DNA from: an uncultured Candidatus Rokubacteria bacterium
GTDB lineage: Bacteria > Methylomirabilota > Methylomirabilia > Rokubacteriales > CSP1-6
Length of the DNA stretch: 64,000 nucleotides
Direction of reading: 5' to 3'
Assembly: GCA_963762145.1 (NCBI GenBank)
Contig: CAVXJS010000021.1
Coordinates: 544,001-608,000 of the forward strand
Both the position numbers and the translations under genes were made by a program. Below the pieces are notes generated by a model. The model worked only from the letters and a program-made list of their open reading frames with translations, ran no database searches and had not been told where the DNA came from. Positions 38,758-48,975 of the stretch are shown one piece after another (within the stretch, counting starts at the first letter, position 1; every line of letters starts with the position of its first letter).

Positions 38758-39789
38758 TCACCCGCCCAGGTGCGCGACGACCGCGGCGGCGAACTCGGCG
38801 GTGCCGAGCGTGCCGCCCAGGTCGCGCGTCTTCTGTCCCTGGGCGAGCGCCTGGTTGTAGGCGTCCTTGATCCGCTGCGCGCACTCCGCGCACGCCGGGT
38901 CCTCGCGGGTCTCGGCCAGGTAGTTGAGCATCATCACCGCCGACATCAGCAGCGCGAGCGGGTTGGCGAGGTTGCGGCCCGCGATGTCGGGCGCCGAGCC
39001 GTGCACCGCCTCGAAGACCGCGCACTGGTCGCCGATGTTGGCGCCCGGCACCACCCCGAGCCCGCCCACCAGGCCCGCGCACAGATCGCTCAGCACGTCG
39101 CCGTAGAGGTTCTCGAGCAGGAGCAGGTCGAAGCGCGTGGGGTCCTGCACCAGCCCCATGCAGCCCGCGTCGATGATCATCTCCTCGTAGTCGATCTCGG
39201 AGAACTCCGCGTCGTGGACCGCCCGGGCGCAGCGGAGGAACATGCCGTCGGTGAGCTTCATGATGTTGGCCTTGTGGAAGACCGTGACCTTCTTGCGCCC
39301 GCGCTGGCGCGCGTAGCGGAAGGCCCAGCGCGCGATGCGCGTGCACGCCTTCTCGGTGGCGACCTTGATGGTGGTCACCACCCCGGGCGCGAGCGTCGTC
39401 TCGATGCCCGAGTAGAGGCCCTCGGTGTTCTCGCGCACGATGACCAGGTCGACCCCGCTGAACCGGGTGGGCACGCCGGCGAGGTTCCGCACCGGCCGCA
39501 CCGCCGCGTAGAGGTTGAGCTCCTTGCGCAGCCGCACGTTGATCGAGGTGAAGCCCTCGCCGATCGGCGTGGTGCACGGCCCCTTGAGCGCGACCTGGTG
39601 GCGGGTGATCGCCTCGAGCGTCTCCCCGGGCAGCACGTCCTGGCCCTGCTCCAGCGCGGCCAGGCCCGCCCGGCCCTCCACCCACTCGAGCGGCGCGCCC
39701 GCCGCGCCGAGGATGCGCCGCACCGCGGCGGTCACCTCCGGCCCGATCCCGTCGCCGGGAATGAGGACGACCTGATGATGGCGGGGCAT
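38758..39789 (-). CDS. Isocitrate/isopropylmalate dehydrogenase family (NAD-IDH-like)
   Basis: IPGDGIGPEV, RENTEGLY, HKANIMK, NLYGDVLSD, FEAVHGSAPDIAG. Confidence 0.92.
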   Translation of the reverse strand: MPRHHQVVLIPGDGIGPEVTAAVRRILGAAGAPLEWVEGRAGLAALEQGQDVLPGETLEAITRHQVALKGPCTTPIGEGFTSINVRLRKELNLYAAVRPVRNLAGVPTRFSGVDLVIVRENTEGLYSGIETTLAPGVVTTIKVATEKACTRIARWAFRYARQRGRKKVTVFHKANIMKLTDGMFLRCARAVHDAEFSEIDYEEMIIDAGCMGLVQDPTRFDLLLLENLYGDVLSDLCAGLVGGLGVVPGANIGDQCAVFEAVHGSAPDIAGRNLANPLALLMSAVMMLNYLAETREDPACAECAQRIKDAYNQALAQGQKTRDLGGTLGTAEFAAAVVAHLGG

Positions 39790-39849
39790 GCGTCCATTGT
39801 ACGCGCATGCCGTGTTTGTTAGAGTGCGCGGCAAGGAGGACGACGCCCC

Positions 39850-40710
39850 ATGACGGACGCGGTGCATCTCGGCAGCGGCAAGGTCCGCGAGCTGTACGCC
39901 CTCGACGACGAGCGGCTGCTCCTCGTCGCCTCGGACCGGATCTCCACCTTCGACGTGGTCCTGCCCACCGAGATCCCCGACAAGGGCCGCGTGCTGACCG
40001 GGCTCGCCGCCTTCTGGTTCGCCCGCACCCGCGCCATCACCCCGAACCACCTGCTCGCGATCCGGCCCGACGGCCGGTCCACCGAGTGCCGGCGGCTTCA
40101 GATGCTGCCGATCGAGTGCGTGGTGCGCGGCTACCTCTCCGGATCGGGCTGGAAGGACTACGGCAAGACGGGCGAGGTATGCGGCCACCGCCTCCCGGCG
40201 GGGCTCCGCGAGTCGGACCGCCTGCCCGAGCCGATCTTCACGCCGGCCACGAAGGCGACCAGCGGCCACGACGAGAACATCACGGGCGCGCAGGCGGCGG
40301 CGCTCGTGGGCGCCGAGCGGTTCGCGGAAGCGGAGCGGCTCTCGATCGCGCTCTACCGCTCCGCGGCGGCCTACGCGCTCGAGCGCGGCATCATCATCGC
40401 CGACACCAAGTTCGAGTTCGGCGTGGACCGCGACGGCCGGCTCGTGCTGGGTGACGAGGCGCTGACCCCGGACTCCTCGCGCTTCTGGCCCGCCGATCAG
40501 TACGCTCCGGGCGGCCCGCAGCCCTCGTACGACAAGCAGTACGTGCGCGACTACTGCGAGAAGATCGGCTGGGGCAAGACCTATCCCGGCCCCGAGCTGC
40601 CCGCGGACGTGGTGAGCGGCACCCGCCGGCGCTACATCGAAGCCTTCGAGCAGCTCACCGGCCTTTCGTTCGACGCCTACCTCGCGAACCCGTCCGTCGT
40701 CCTGAAGTAG
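39850..40710 (+). CDS. purC: SAICAR synthase
   Basis: GKVRELY, SDRISTFD, ECVVRGY, ADTKFEFG, DEALTPDSSRFW, DKQYVRD. Confidence 0.95.
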   Translation: MTDAVHLGSGKVRELYALDDERLLLVASDRISTFDVVLPTEIPDKGRVLTGLAAFWFARTRAITPNHLLAIRPDGRSTECRRLQMLPIECVVRGYLSGSGWKDYGKTGEVCGHRLPAGLRESDRLPEPIFTPATKATSGHDENITGAQAAALVGAERFAEAERLSIALYRSAAAYALERGIIIADTKFEFGVDRDGRLVLGDEALTPDSSRFWPADQYAPGGPQPSYDKQYVRDYCEKIGWGKTYPGPELPADVVSGTRRRYIEAFEQLTGLSFDAYLANPSVVLK

Positions 40711-42386
40711 CCTTCTTCCCCTTACCCTCTCCCCGCCGGGGAGAGGGCAGGGTGAGGGGGCCCTCGCGTCCAACGTACCCGCGCTCGGCATCCCGCGCCC
40801 GCAGCTCGGCCGGCCGCTGCCCCGCGGGCCCGTATCCCCCACCCCCCGGCGTGCTCACGAGCACGCGGTCACCCTGCTCCAGCACGTGCTGCCGCCGATG
40901 GTCCACCTTCTTGCCGTTGATCCGCACGTCGCCGAGCCCGCCCGCGCCGCCGCCCGCGAGCCCGGGCGCGGGGAAGCGCGTGCGCTCGGCCATGAAGCTC
41001 AGCACGATCGGGCGCTTCGACTGGCTCTCGATCAGCATGTCCTGGCCGAGCCCTCCGCGGAACCGCCCGCGCCCGCCGGATCCCCCGCGCATGCGCTTGT
41101 AGTGGAAGAAGAGCGGGCTGTTCCGCTCGGCCACCTCCACCGGCGTGCTCGAGATGTTGCTGGGCCACGAGAGCACGTGCTCGCCGTCCTTCCCTGCCGT
41201 CGCGCCCATGCCGCCGTTGAAGAAGAGCACGGTGGTGTACGGCCGCCCGTCGTCGCGCACGCCGGACTGGGCCACCGCCCAGAGGGGCGAGCCCGCCGCG
41301 GCGGCGACCCGATCCGGGATCACCTGGTGCAGGGCGCCCAGGATCAGGATCGGCACGTAGTGCCCGGTCTGGGCGCGGCTCACCACCGCGGCCGGGAAAC
41401 TTCGGGTTCAGCAGGCAGCCTTCGGGCGCCTCCACCTTCACCGGCCGGTACATGCCCTCGTTGTTGGGCAGCCCCGGCAGCAGCGCGCAGCGTACCGCGT
41501 AGGCGGTCATGGCGTACGTGTAGGCCATCACGCAGTTGATGGCGCGCGGCTGCGCGGGCGAGGTGCCCGTGAAGTCGGCCACGATCTCGTCGCCCCGCAC
41601 CGTGAGCGCCACGCGAAAACGGTAGGGCGCCTCGAAGCCGTCGGTCTCGATCCCGTAGCGGTAGGTGCCGTCGGGGACCATGCGAATAGCGTCCCGCATT
41701 GCTCGCTCGGAGCGGGCGAAGAGCTCGTCGGCCAGGCCCTCGAGCGAGTCGAGCGCGTACTCGACCATGAGGCTGCGCACGCGATTTTCCATCAGCTCGT
41801 TGGCGCTCACCTGCGCGTAGATGTCCCCCACCGTCTGGTCCGGCGTCCGCACGTTGGCGCGCAGGAGGCCGAGCAGCGTCTCGTCCACCTGCCCTTCCCG
41901 CATCAGATGGGTGAGCGGGATGTGGAAGCCCTCCTCGAACAGCTCGCGCGCCTCGATCGCGCGGATGCGGCCGCCGATGTCGGGCATGTGGGCCGTGGTC
42001 GCCGAGAAGGCGACCAATCGCGGTTTACTGCCCTCCTTGAGGAGGAAGATGGGCTTGACCAGGCAGACGTCGCTCATGTGGCCGGTGCCCTGCCACGGAT
42101 CGTTGGTGATCAGCACGTCGCCGGGCCGCATGCGCTCGGGGCCGATGCCGGCGAGGAAGTGGCGCACCGTCGCGGGCAGCGTGCCGATGAAGGACGGGAT
42201 GCTGCCCGAGTTCTGGGCGAGCGCGAACCCGCGCGCGTCGGTGAGCACGCAGGCGAAGTCGTTGGCCTCGTTGGAGAGGGTCGAGAACGAGGTACGCACG
42301 ATCGCCTTGGCCGCCTCGTCGACCACCGAGATGATCCGCGTCCACAGCACCTCCAGCGTGATCGCGTCGAACGCGGTGGACGTCAT
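40655..42386 (-). CDS. hyuB: Hydantoinase B/oxoprolinase subunit with a +1 frameshift near 41397
   Basis: RTSFS, PGDVLITNDPW, HMPDIGG, GGMGA, PVEVAE, TPGGGGYG. Confidence 0.85.
40718..40760. repeat. REP-like palindrome (CCCTCTCCCC-GCC-GGGGAGAGGG) just after the purC stop, inside the hyuB 3' end
   Basis: Hairpin plus CAGGGTGAGGGG tail. Confidence 0.85.
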
Positions 42387-44623
42387 GAGCGCCCCCTCAT
42401 CCTGCCCTCTCCCCCTCCGGGGGCGAGGGCTCCCGGACTCCCCCCTCTCCCCTCCGGGGAGAGGGCAGAGTGAGGGGCCAGGGTCATCACGATGTTGCCG
42501 CTCGCGGCCACGCGCGCGGTGGCGCCGGGGCCGACCACGAGCGTGGAGCCCTCTTCCTCCACCACCGCGGGACCGGCCAGCTCGTCGCCGATGCCGAGGC
42601 GGTAGCGGTCGTACACCGCGGTCTCCACCCAGCCGTCTGCGCCCGGGAAATAGGCCCGCCGCGTGCCCTTGAGCGCGCCGCGCGCCCCGCCCCCTCGGCG
42701 GCCCTCGAGCACGACATCGCTGCCCGAGACGGGCGCCCGCACCGCCACGCGGATGTTGATGAACTCCACCGGCACGCCCGGCGGCGTCAGCGCGAACTTC
42801 TCCCGGTAGGCGGTCTCGAACGCGCCGCGCAGGACCGCGCGCCCCGGTCCGCTGTCCTGATAGGGTCCCGGCGGCAGCGGCACCACCAGGTCGAAACCCT
42901 GGCCGAGGAACCGGCCGTCGGCCAGCCGCTGCACGGTGGCGCTCTCGAGCTTGAGCCCGGTCTCGGCCATCACCGCGCGCGCCTCGTCCTCCAGCCGCGC
43001 GAATGCGGCCTCGAGCGTCGCGATGCTGCCCTGGTCCAGGCGGATGCCGACGGTGGCTACCCGGTCCACACGCGCCGGCGCCACCAGGAGACCGAGCGCG
43101 GAGGCGACGCCGGCCGACGGCGGGCAGATCACGCGGCCGATCCCGAGCTTGCGCGCCACCGAGAAGGCGTGGACCGGCCCGGCACCGCCCGTGCAGAGCA
43201 GCGCGTAGTCGCGCGGATCGCGCCCGCGCTCCGCGATGTGCACCCGTGCGGCGCCTGCCATGTTCTCGTTGACGATGTCGTGGATCCCCCACGCGACCTT
43301 CGTGGACTCGAGCGCGAGCCGCCGCGACAGCCCCTCGACCGCGGCGAGCGCGGCCGCCATGTCCACCGCCACCTCGCCGCCCGCGAAGTAGTCCGGGTTG
43401 AGATAGCCGAGCAGGAAATCGGCGTCGGTCACGGTGGGCTCGCGGCCGCCCAGGCCGTAGGAGGCCGGGCCGGGATGCGAGCCCGCGCTCCGGGGGCCGA
43501 CCTTCAGGAGCCCGATCTCGTCCACCGCCGCGATGCTGCCGCCGCCCGCGCCGATCTCGATCAGCTCGATCGTCGAGATCCGGATGGGCAGCCCGCTCCC
43601 CTCGATGAAGCGCCGCTGCCGCGCGGCCTCGAAGCTGTAGGCGGTGAGCGGCTCGCCCCCGTCCACCAGCGACAGCTTGGCAGTGGTCCCGCCCATGTCG
43701 AAGGCCAGAATGTTGTGCGAGCCGCTGCCGGAGGCGAGGCGAGCGGATACGGAAGATCCCGCCGAGCGGAGCGAGGCGCCCGCGCTGTCCGGCTGGCCGA
43801 AGAAGGCGGCCGCGATGGCGCCGGCGGCCGGGCCCGACTCCAGCATCTGCACCGGCACGCGCTGCGCTTCCTGCACGTGGGTGAGCCCGCCGCTCGAGAG
43901 CATCAGCAGGAGCGGCGACGGGATGCCCAGCTCCGCCACGCGCCGGGCCATCAGGGCGAGGTACTTCTGGGCGAGCGGCTTGATGTACGCGTTGGCCGCG
44001 GTGGTGGAGGCGCGCTCGTACTCGCGGATCTCCGGGGCCACCTCGTGCGAGGTGGTCACCGCGATCCCGGGATGGCGCTTCACGATCAGCCGCGCCGCCT
44101 CCGCCTCGTGGCGCGGGTTGGCGTAGGCGTGCAGGAACACCACCGCGATGGCCTCGACCCCCGCCTTCGCCAGCGCGGCGGCCCGGGCGGCCAGCATCCG
44201 CGTGTCCAGGCGCCGCGCGATGCCCCCGTCGGCGCGCGTCCGCTCGGCGACCTCGAGGCGAAGATGGCGCGGCACGAGCGGCTCGGGCTTGGCGATGGCC
44301 AGGTCGTAGAGCTCGTACTTGCGCTCGCGCCCGATCTCGAGCGTGTCCGCGAAGCCCGCGGTGGTGATGAGCCCGGTGATCGCGCCCTTGCGCTCGATCA
44401 GCGCGTTGGTGAAGAGCGTGGTCGCGTGGACTGTCCTCGCGAAGGAGCCGGGGTCGAGCCGTTCCTGGGTCAGCAGGCCCGCCACCCCGGCGGCCACCGC
44501 GCGCGCGGGATCGTCGTGGGTGGTGAGCACCTTGCGGCTCACGCTGGTTCCCGCCTCGTGGTCGTAGACCACGAGGTCGGTGAAGGTTCCTCCGATGTCG
44601 ATACCGAGCGAGTACTGGGCCAC
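42383..44623 (-). CDS. hyuA: Hydantoinase A/oxoprolinase subunit
   Basis: IDIGGTFTD, HATT..TNA, REYER, ESGPAAG, DMGGTT, IGAGGGS, PTVTDA. Confidence 0.92.
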   Translation of the reverse strand: MAQYSLGIDIGGTFTDLVVYDHEAGTSVSRKVLTTHDDPARAVAAGVAGLLTQERLDPGSFARTVHATTLFTNALIERKGAITGLITTAGFADTLEIGRERKYELYDLAIAKPEPLVPRHLRLEVAERTRADGGIARRLDTRMLAARAAALAKAGVEAIAVVFLHAYANPRHEAEAARLIVKRHPGIAVTTSHEVAPEIREYERASTTAANAYIKPLAQKYLALMARRVAELGIPSPLLLMLSSGGLTHVQEAQRVPVQMLESGPAAGAIAAAFFGQPDSAGASLRSAGSSVSARLASGSGSHNILAFDMGGTTAKLSLVDGGEPLTAYSFEAARQRRFIEGSGLPIRISTIELIEIGAGGGSIAAVDEIGLLKVGPRSAGSHPGPASYGLGGREPTVTDADFLLGYLNPDYFAGGEVAVDMAAALAAVEGLSRRLALESTKVAWGIHDIVNENMAGAARVHIAERGRDPRDYALLCTGGAGPVHAFSVARKLGIGRVICPPSAGVASALGLLVAPARVDRVATVGIRLDQGSIATLEAAFARLEDEARAVMAETGLKLESATVQRLADGRFLGQGFDLVVPLPPGPYQDSGPGRAVLRGAFETAYREKFALTPPGVPVEFINIRVAVRAPVSGSDVVLEGRRGGGARGALKGTRRAYFPGADGWVETAVYDRYRLGIGDELAGPAVVEEEGSTLVVGPGATARVAASGNIVMTLAPHSALSPEGRGGSPGALAPGGGEGRMRGRS
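42391..42478. repeat. Inverted doublet of the same REP-like palindrome forming the hyuA C-terminus
   Basis: CCCCTCATCCTGCCCTCTCCCCC...GGGGAGAGGGCAGAGTGAGGGG. Confidence 0.85.
43725..43787. repeat. In-frame palindromic insertion inside hyuA
   Basis: About 21 extra aa (SAGASLRSAGSSVSARLASG) between ESGPAAG and DMGGTT; CTCGCTCCGCTCG motif also present at ~38122-38134. Confidence 0.6.
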
Positions 44624-44636
44624 GGGGCGAGACCCG

Positions 44637-46202
44637 CTACCGGGGGGCCTTCAGCTTGAGGTCCTCCATCGGGGCGGAGTAGGCGAAACCCGGAATCAGG
44701 TTCGCCCCGCTCTCCTCCACCCGCGGGCCGACTCCCCAGATGAAGGCGAGCTCGTAGATCGGGATCGTCGTGACCTGCTCGTGGAGGGTCTTCTGGATCT
44801 GCCCGACCAGCCCCTCGCGCTTCTTCGGGTCCGGCTCGCGGCTCTGACGAACGAAGAGATCGTCCACCTCGGGCAGGCTGCCGTAGGCGTAGATGCCGTT
44901 CTTCGTGGCGTACGGCTCGAGCCGGGTGGCCGCGTTGCCGAAGGTGGCGGTGATCACGAGGATCACCCCGTGCAGCTTCTTCTCGCGCCAGGCCGTGAAG
45001 TAGGCGGCGCGCTCCATGCTGCGCGTCTTGGTTCGGATGCCGACCGCCTGCATGTAGCCCTGGATGGCCTCGCCCATGGAGTTGTACGGCGGGAACGGAT
45101 AGAAATCGCCGCCGTCGAAGCCGTTCGGATAGCCCGCCTCGGCCAGGAGCTTCCTGGCCCGCGCCGGATCATAGGGCGGCGGGTCATACGGGACCGCGAA
45201 CTGGAAGATGCGCGGCACGATGCTGCCGGTGAGCCGCGAGAACCCGAGCGTCTCCGCCTGGTTCACCGCCTGCCGGTCGATGGCGTGGCTGGCGGCCAGC
45301 CGCACCCGGCGATCGTGCCACGGCGACTTGGGGTCCCACTGGTCCGGCAGCTCGAGCCAGAACGCGCCGGACAGGAGCGGGGCCACCACCTTGAAGCCCG
45401 CCGTCTTCTGGATGGCCTCCGCGGTCGGGCCGGTGAGCAGATAGGCGATGTCCACCTCGCCGGTGCGCAGCGCGGCCGCGCGCGTGCTCTCCTCCGGCAT
45501 CGAGCGCATCACCAGGCGCTTTACCGACGGCGCCTTGCGCCAGTAGCCGTCGAAGGCCTCCATGACGATCTCGACGCCCGGCTTGAAGGCGACCACCTTG
45601 TACGGGCCCGCGCCGACCGGCGCGGTCTTGAAGCCGTCCTCGCCCACCTGCTGCACGTACTTCTTCGGCACGATCCAGGCGGCACCGGACGCGGTCGTGC
45701 CGTAGAACGTCATGAAGTCGCCCCACGGCTCCTTGAGCACGAAGCGCACCTGATTGGGCGCGAGGACCTGCACCTCCTTGACCTTGTCCTTCAGAAGAGC
45801 GTTGCTCGCGCCCTTGTACCGCTCGAAGGAGAACTTCACGTCCTCGGCGGTGACCGGCTCGCCGTTGTGGAAGCGGGCGTTCTTCCGGATCGTGAACGTG
45901 TAGGCAAGCCGGTCCTTCGACTCCTGCCACGATTCGGCCAGGCTCGGCTGGCTGAGCCCGCCCGGCATCGGCTTCACGAGCGCGTCGTGCACCGCGTAGA
46001 GCACCATGAACGGAGTGTTGAACGCCTCGGTCTCGGCGGGATCCAGCCACTTGGCGGCCAGGGTGACGTGCAGGCCCCAGCGCATCTCGCCCTCGGCGGC
46101 GAAGGCCGGGGTAGGACGGGCCAGCATGGCGAAGCCGACCAGCAGCACGGCCATCACGAGCACGGCGAGCGAGGCGATCCGGCGCGGACGAGGTGTGGTC
46201 AT
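44637..46202 (-). CDS. ABC substrate-binding protein family 5 (upstream of hyuAB)
   Basis: Signal peptide; SLAESW, FHNGEP, PVGAGPY, DRRVRLA. Confidence 0.92.
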   Translation of the reverse strand: MTTPRPRRIASLAVLVMAVLLVGFAMLARPTPAFAAEGEMRWGLHVTLAAKWLDPAETEAFNTPFMVLYAVHDALVKPMPGGLSQPSLAESWQESKDRLAYTFTIRKNARFHNGEPVTAEDVKFSFERYKGASNALLKDKVKEVQVLAPNQVRFVLKEPWGDFMTFYGTTASGAAWIVPKKYVQQVGEDGFKTAPVGAGPYKVVAFKPGVEIVMEAFDGYWRKAPSVKRLVMRSMPEESTRAAALRTGEVDIAYLLTGPTAEAIQKTAGFKVVAPLLSGAFWLELPDQWDPKSPWHDRRVRLAASHAIDRQAVNQAETLGFSRLTGSIVPRIFQFAVPYDPPPYDPARARKLLAEAGYPNGFDGGDFYPFPPYNSMGEAIQGYMQAVGIRTKTRSMERAAYFTAWREKKLHGVILVITATFGNAATRLEPYATKNGIYAYGSLPEVDDLFVRQSREPDPKKREGLVGQIQKTLHEQVTTIPIYELAFIWGVGPRVEESGANLIPGFAYSAPMEDLKLKAPR

Positions 46203-46208
46203 GGCGAG

Positions 46209-46276
46209 AAGCTAGGGCCCGCGGCGCGTCCCGTCAAGTGGGGTTGTTGACAGCGCGCGGGCGCGGCGACCATACT
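46209..46276. promoter_or_regulatory. Divergent sigma70 promoters
   Basis: Minus strand: TTGACG-N17-TAGCTT, 6 nt before ATG 46202. Plus strand: TTGACA (46247)-N18-CATACT (46271). Confidence 0.65.
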
Positions 46277-46288
46277 CCCGGCACTCTC

Positions 46289-46610
46289 CGGAAGTTCCCT
46301 CGAGTGGCTCCACGGCAAGGACACGTTCGGGAAATGGTTCGCGGTCGAGAACGGCTACCGCGTGGGGGCCACCACCATGTGGGAGAACCACGCGATGTGG
46401 AACACGGTGGACGTCGCGCTCAGGCCGTTCCGGGTCGCCGCGCGAGGCTCGCGGATGATCGGCCACGCCGGCCCCTCGAACGCCAAGGCCACCGAGGTTT
46501 ACAGCAAGTACATCATCACCGTCATCTTCGCCAAGGCGGCCCAGGGCACGTCGCCCGACGACGCGGTGAAGTGGGGTGAGGTCGAGCTGAAAAAGATCTA
46601 CGAGGGCTGA
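46289..46610 (+). pseudogene. 3' fragment of a sugar-type ABC substrate-binding protein
   Basis: RKF(L)EWLHGK...GHAGP..KATEVYSKYII...AVKWGEVELKKIYEG*; no N-terminal part present. Confidence 0.6.
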
Positions 46611-46636
46611 GCCGGCGGACGGCGCCCCGCCCGCGA

Positions 46637-47543
46637 TCAGAAGATCGCGAGCGGGTGCGCCGGCGCGCCCGTCGCGCCGACCAGGCGCAGCGGCGTGGCG
46701 GTGAACAGGAACTCGTTGCGCCCTTCCTCGGCGCAGGCCTTGGCCAGGCGCTCCGGATCCGAGTTGTCGATCAGGGCCAGACCCAGGAACGGGATCGCGA
46801 GGTGCGCCGACATCCCGAAGCCCGGGTAGCGGCTCGGGCGCTCGTCCATCATGTCCCACGAGATGCCCGCGATGTCCTTGGCGCGGAACCACTCGAGGCA
46901 GGAGAGATGGAGGCCCGGGTGCTCGGAGATCCGCGGCTTCCAGTCCGGATTCTCGAGGCGGAACTTCTCGTCGCCGCTGCGCACCACCACCACGTCGCCC
47001 GGCTCCACCTTCACGCCGGCGCGCCGCTCCGCCTCGTCGAGCTCCCGCGGCGTGACCGGGTGGCCGACCGTGACGTAGCCCTTCCTTGCGTCCCGCCGCG
47101 ATGTCGAGGAAGACGCCGCGCGTGGTGATGCCCCGTTCGAAGATCGGGTCGATGGGGCACCAGAGCGCGCCCTCGGTGGTGAGGCTGTCCGCGAACGAGC
47201 GGCCGTTGTAGAGCTCGCCGTCCCAGCCCACGTGGCAGAGCGCGTCCACGTGGGTGATCCAGAAGCCGTGGTAGACCATGTCGAAGCGGTCGAGCACCAC
47301 GTTCACCCGCTCGCGCTTGGACGGAAACGTCACGTGATACATGTACACCGGCCGCGGGATCACGTCGCGCGCGAGCGACACGGTGCGGCCCTTCTTGATC
47401 AGCCGCTGCGCCTGCGCCTGCTTGGCCGGCGTGATCAGGTTCACGGTGCCGAGCTGGTCGTCGTGCCCCCAGCGGCCCCAGTTGTTCAGCTCCTTGAAGT
47501 ACCCCTCGACGCGGTCGCGGGTGGGCAGGACGACATCGGCCAT
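46637..47543 (-). CDS. Cyclase-family metal hydrolase with a +1 frameshift near 47082
   Basis: NNWGRWG.DDQLGT.N, THVDALCH, TRGVFLD, PGDVVVVRSG, GATGAPAHPLAIF. Confidence 0.85.
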
Positions 47544-47565
47544 CGGACGGATCCTTTCCTGGCGG

Positions 47566-47985
47566 CTAGCGGCGCGAGCCGAGACGGAAGCCGAGCGCCG
47601 ACGAGGCGATGAGCAGCAGGAGGACGGGCGGCAGGAGCGCGCGGGGGCTCAGGACGGCAGCGGACAGGACCGCGCCGGTCCCGAACGCGGCCCAGAGCGC
47701 CCACCATGCGCCGGTCCCACGCCGGGCCAGGGCCCGCGCGAGCGCCGCGCCGAGCAGGGTGCCGAGCGCAACCGTGAAGAGCAGGGCCACGGGCAGATAG
47801 CCCGTGGGGCCCGACGCGGCGGGATCGAGGAGGGCGGCCATGCGCCACCCGGGGCCCCAGACCGCGGACGACAGGAGAAACCACGCGACGGCGGCGAGAT
47901 GCGGGGCCACGAGCCCCGCGAGGGCGGCCAGCAGCGCATCGCGGACCGTGCGCACCGGCAGGGCGGCCATGACCTGCGTCGTCAT
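47566..47985 (-). CDS. Hypothetical membrane protein
   Basis: About 4 hydrophobic segments; TACCTT 7 nt before ATG. Confidence 0.6.
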   Translation of the reverse strand: MTTQVMAALPVRTVRDALLAALAGLVAPHLAAVAWFLLSSAVWGPGWRMAALLDPAASGPTGYLPVALLFTVALGTLLGAALARALARRGTGAWWALWAAFGTGAVLSAAVLSPRALLPPVLLLLIASSALGFRLGSRR

Positions 47986-48117
47986 GGCCGGAAAGGTAGC
48001 ACGATCCCCGCGACGCCGGATACTCGGCGACGCCATCATGGCGTTTCGCAACGGACTGGCGACGAACGCATGGCGTGTGGTAGCGTCCCCGTGCCCCGGC
48101 CTGCCCCGGGGTACCGC

Positions 48118-48966
48118 ATGCCGAGCTCGAGCCTTCGCCACGTCCTCGATGAGATGTCCGCCTACGTGCGGACCATCCGGGCCCACGAGGCCGGCGCGCG
48201 TGCGGGCCGCGGTCCCAAGCATCTCCACGAGATGCGCGCCGCCGTCCGCCGCCTCCGGGCGACGCTGCGCGCGAGCCGGGAGCTCTTCGACCCCGAGTGG
48301 GTCGACCGCCTCCGGGACGAGCTGGACTGGCTGGGCGGCGCGCTCGGGCACCTCCGCGACCTGGATGTCCTCCATGCCTACCTGCGTCCCCGGCTGGCCG
48401 CGCTCGAGGGCTCCGAGCATCGGGCGGGGCAACGGGTGCTCCGGCGTCTCTCCGCCGACCGGGTCCGGGCGCGCGCCGCCCTCAACGAGGCGCTCGACAG
48501 CCCGCGATATCCAGGGCTCCTGGAGCAGCTCGAGACATTCCTCTCGAAGCCGCCCGCGTTGGCATCGGACGTCTCCCTGCCCGACGTCGCCACGACGGAG
48601 TGGAAGCGCCTGCGCAAGGCGGTCCAGAAGCTGCCCGGACGCCCGAGTGCCGACGAGCTCCACGCGGTGCGCATCAAGGTCAAGCGCGCGCGCTACGCCG
48701 CGGAGCTGGCGCGGGCCGCCGCGGGTGAGCGCGGCAAGCGCTTCATCCGCCAGGCGAAGAAGCTGCAAGACATCCTTGGCGATCTGCAGGACGCTGTGGT
48801 AATCGAACAGTATCTCCACGATGCCATCGATCGCACGGAGCCCGCGCAGGTCCTCGGCAATGACCTCGTCAAGCGGCAGCGGAAGCGCCGGAAGAAAGCC
48901 CGCGCCGCTTTCTTCGAGGAGTGGCCGAAGCTCAAGCGGCGCGGCCGAGAGGCGTGGATCGCCTGA
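48118..48966 (+). CDS. CHAD domain protein (polyphosphate-binding)
   Basis: LHEMRAAVRRLR, LGHLRDLDV, LHAVRIKVKRARY, LQDILGDLQD. Confidence 0.88.
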   Translation: MPSSSLRHVLDEMSAYVRTIRAHEAGARAGRGPKHLHEMRAAVRRLRATLRASRELFDPEWVDRLRDELDWLGGALGHLRDLDVLHAYLRPRLAALEGSEHRAGQRVLRRLSADRVRARAALNEALDSPRYPGLLEQLETFLSKPPALASDVSLPDVATTEWKRLRKAVQKLPGRPSADELHAVRIKVKRARYAAELARAAAGERGKRFIRQAKKLQDILGDLQDAVVIEQYLHDAIDRTEPAQVLGNDLVKRQRKRRKKARAAFFEEWPKLKRRGREAWIA

Positions 48967-48975
48967 CGGTAGCTC

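Noticed and set aside
41390-41405. Programmed +1 frameshift at TTT-CCC in hyuB
   Set aside because: Removing one T gives TTC-CCG-GCC, and similar homopolymer indels occur in unrelated genes, so an assembly error is simpler.
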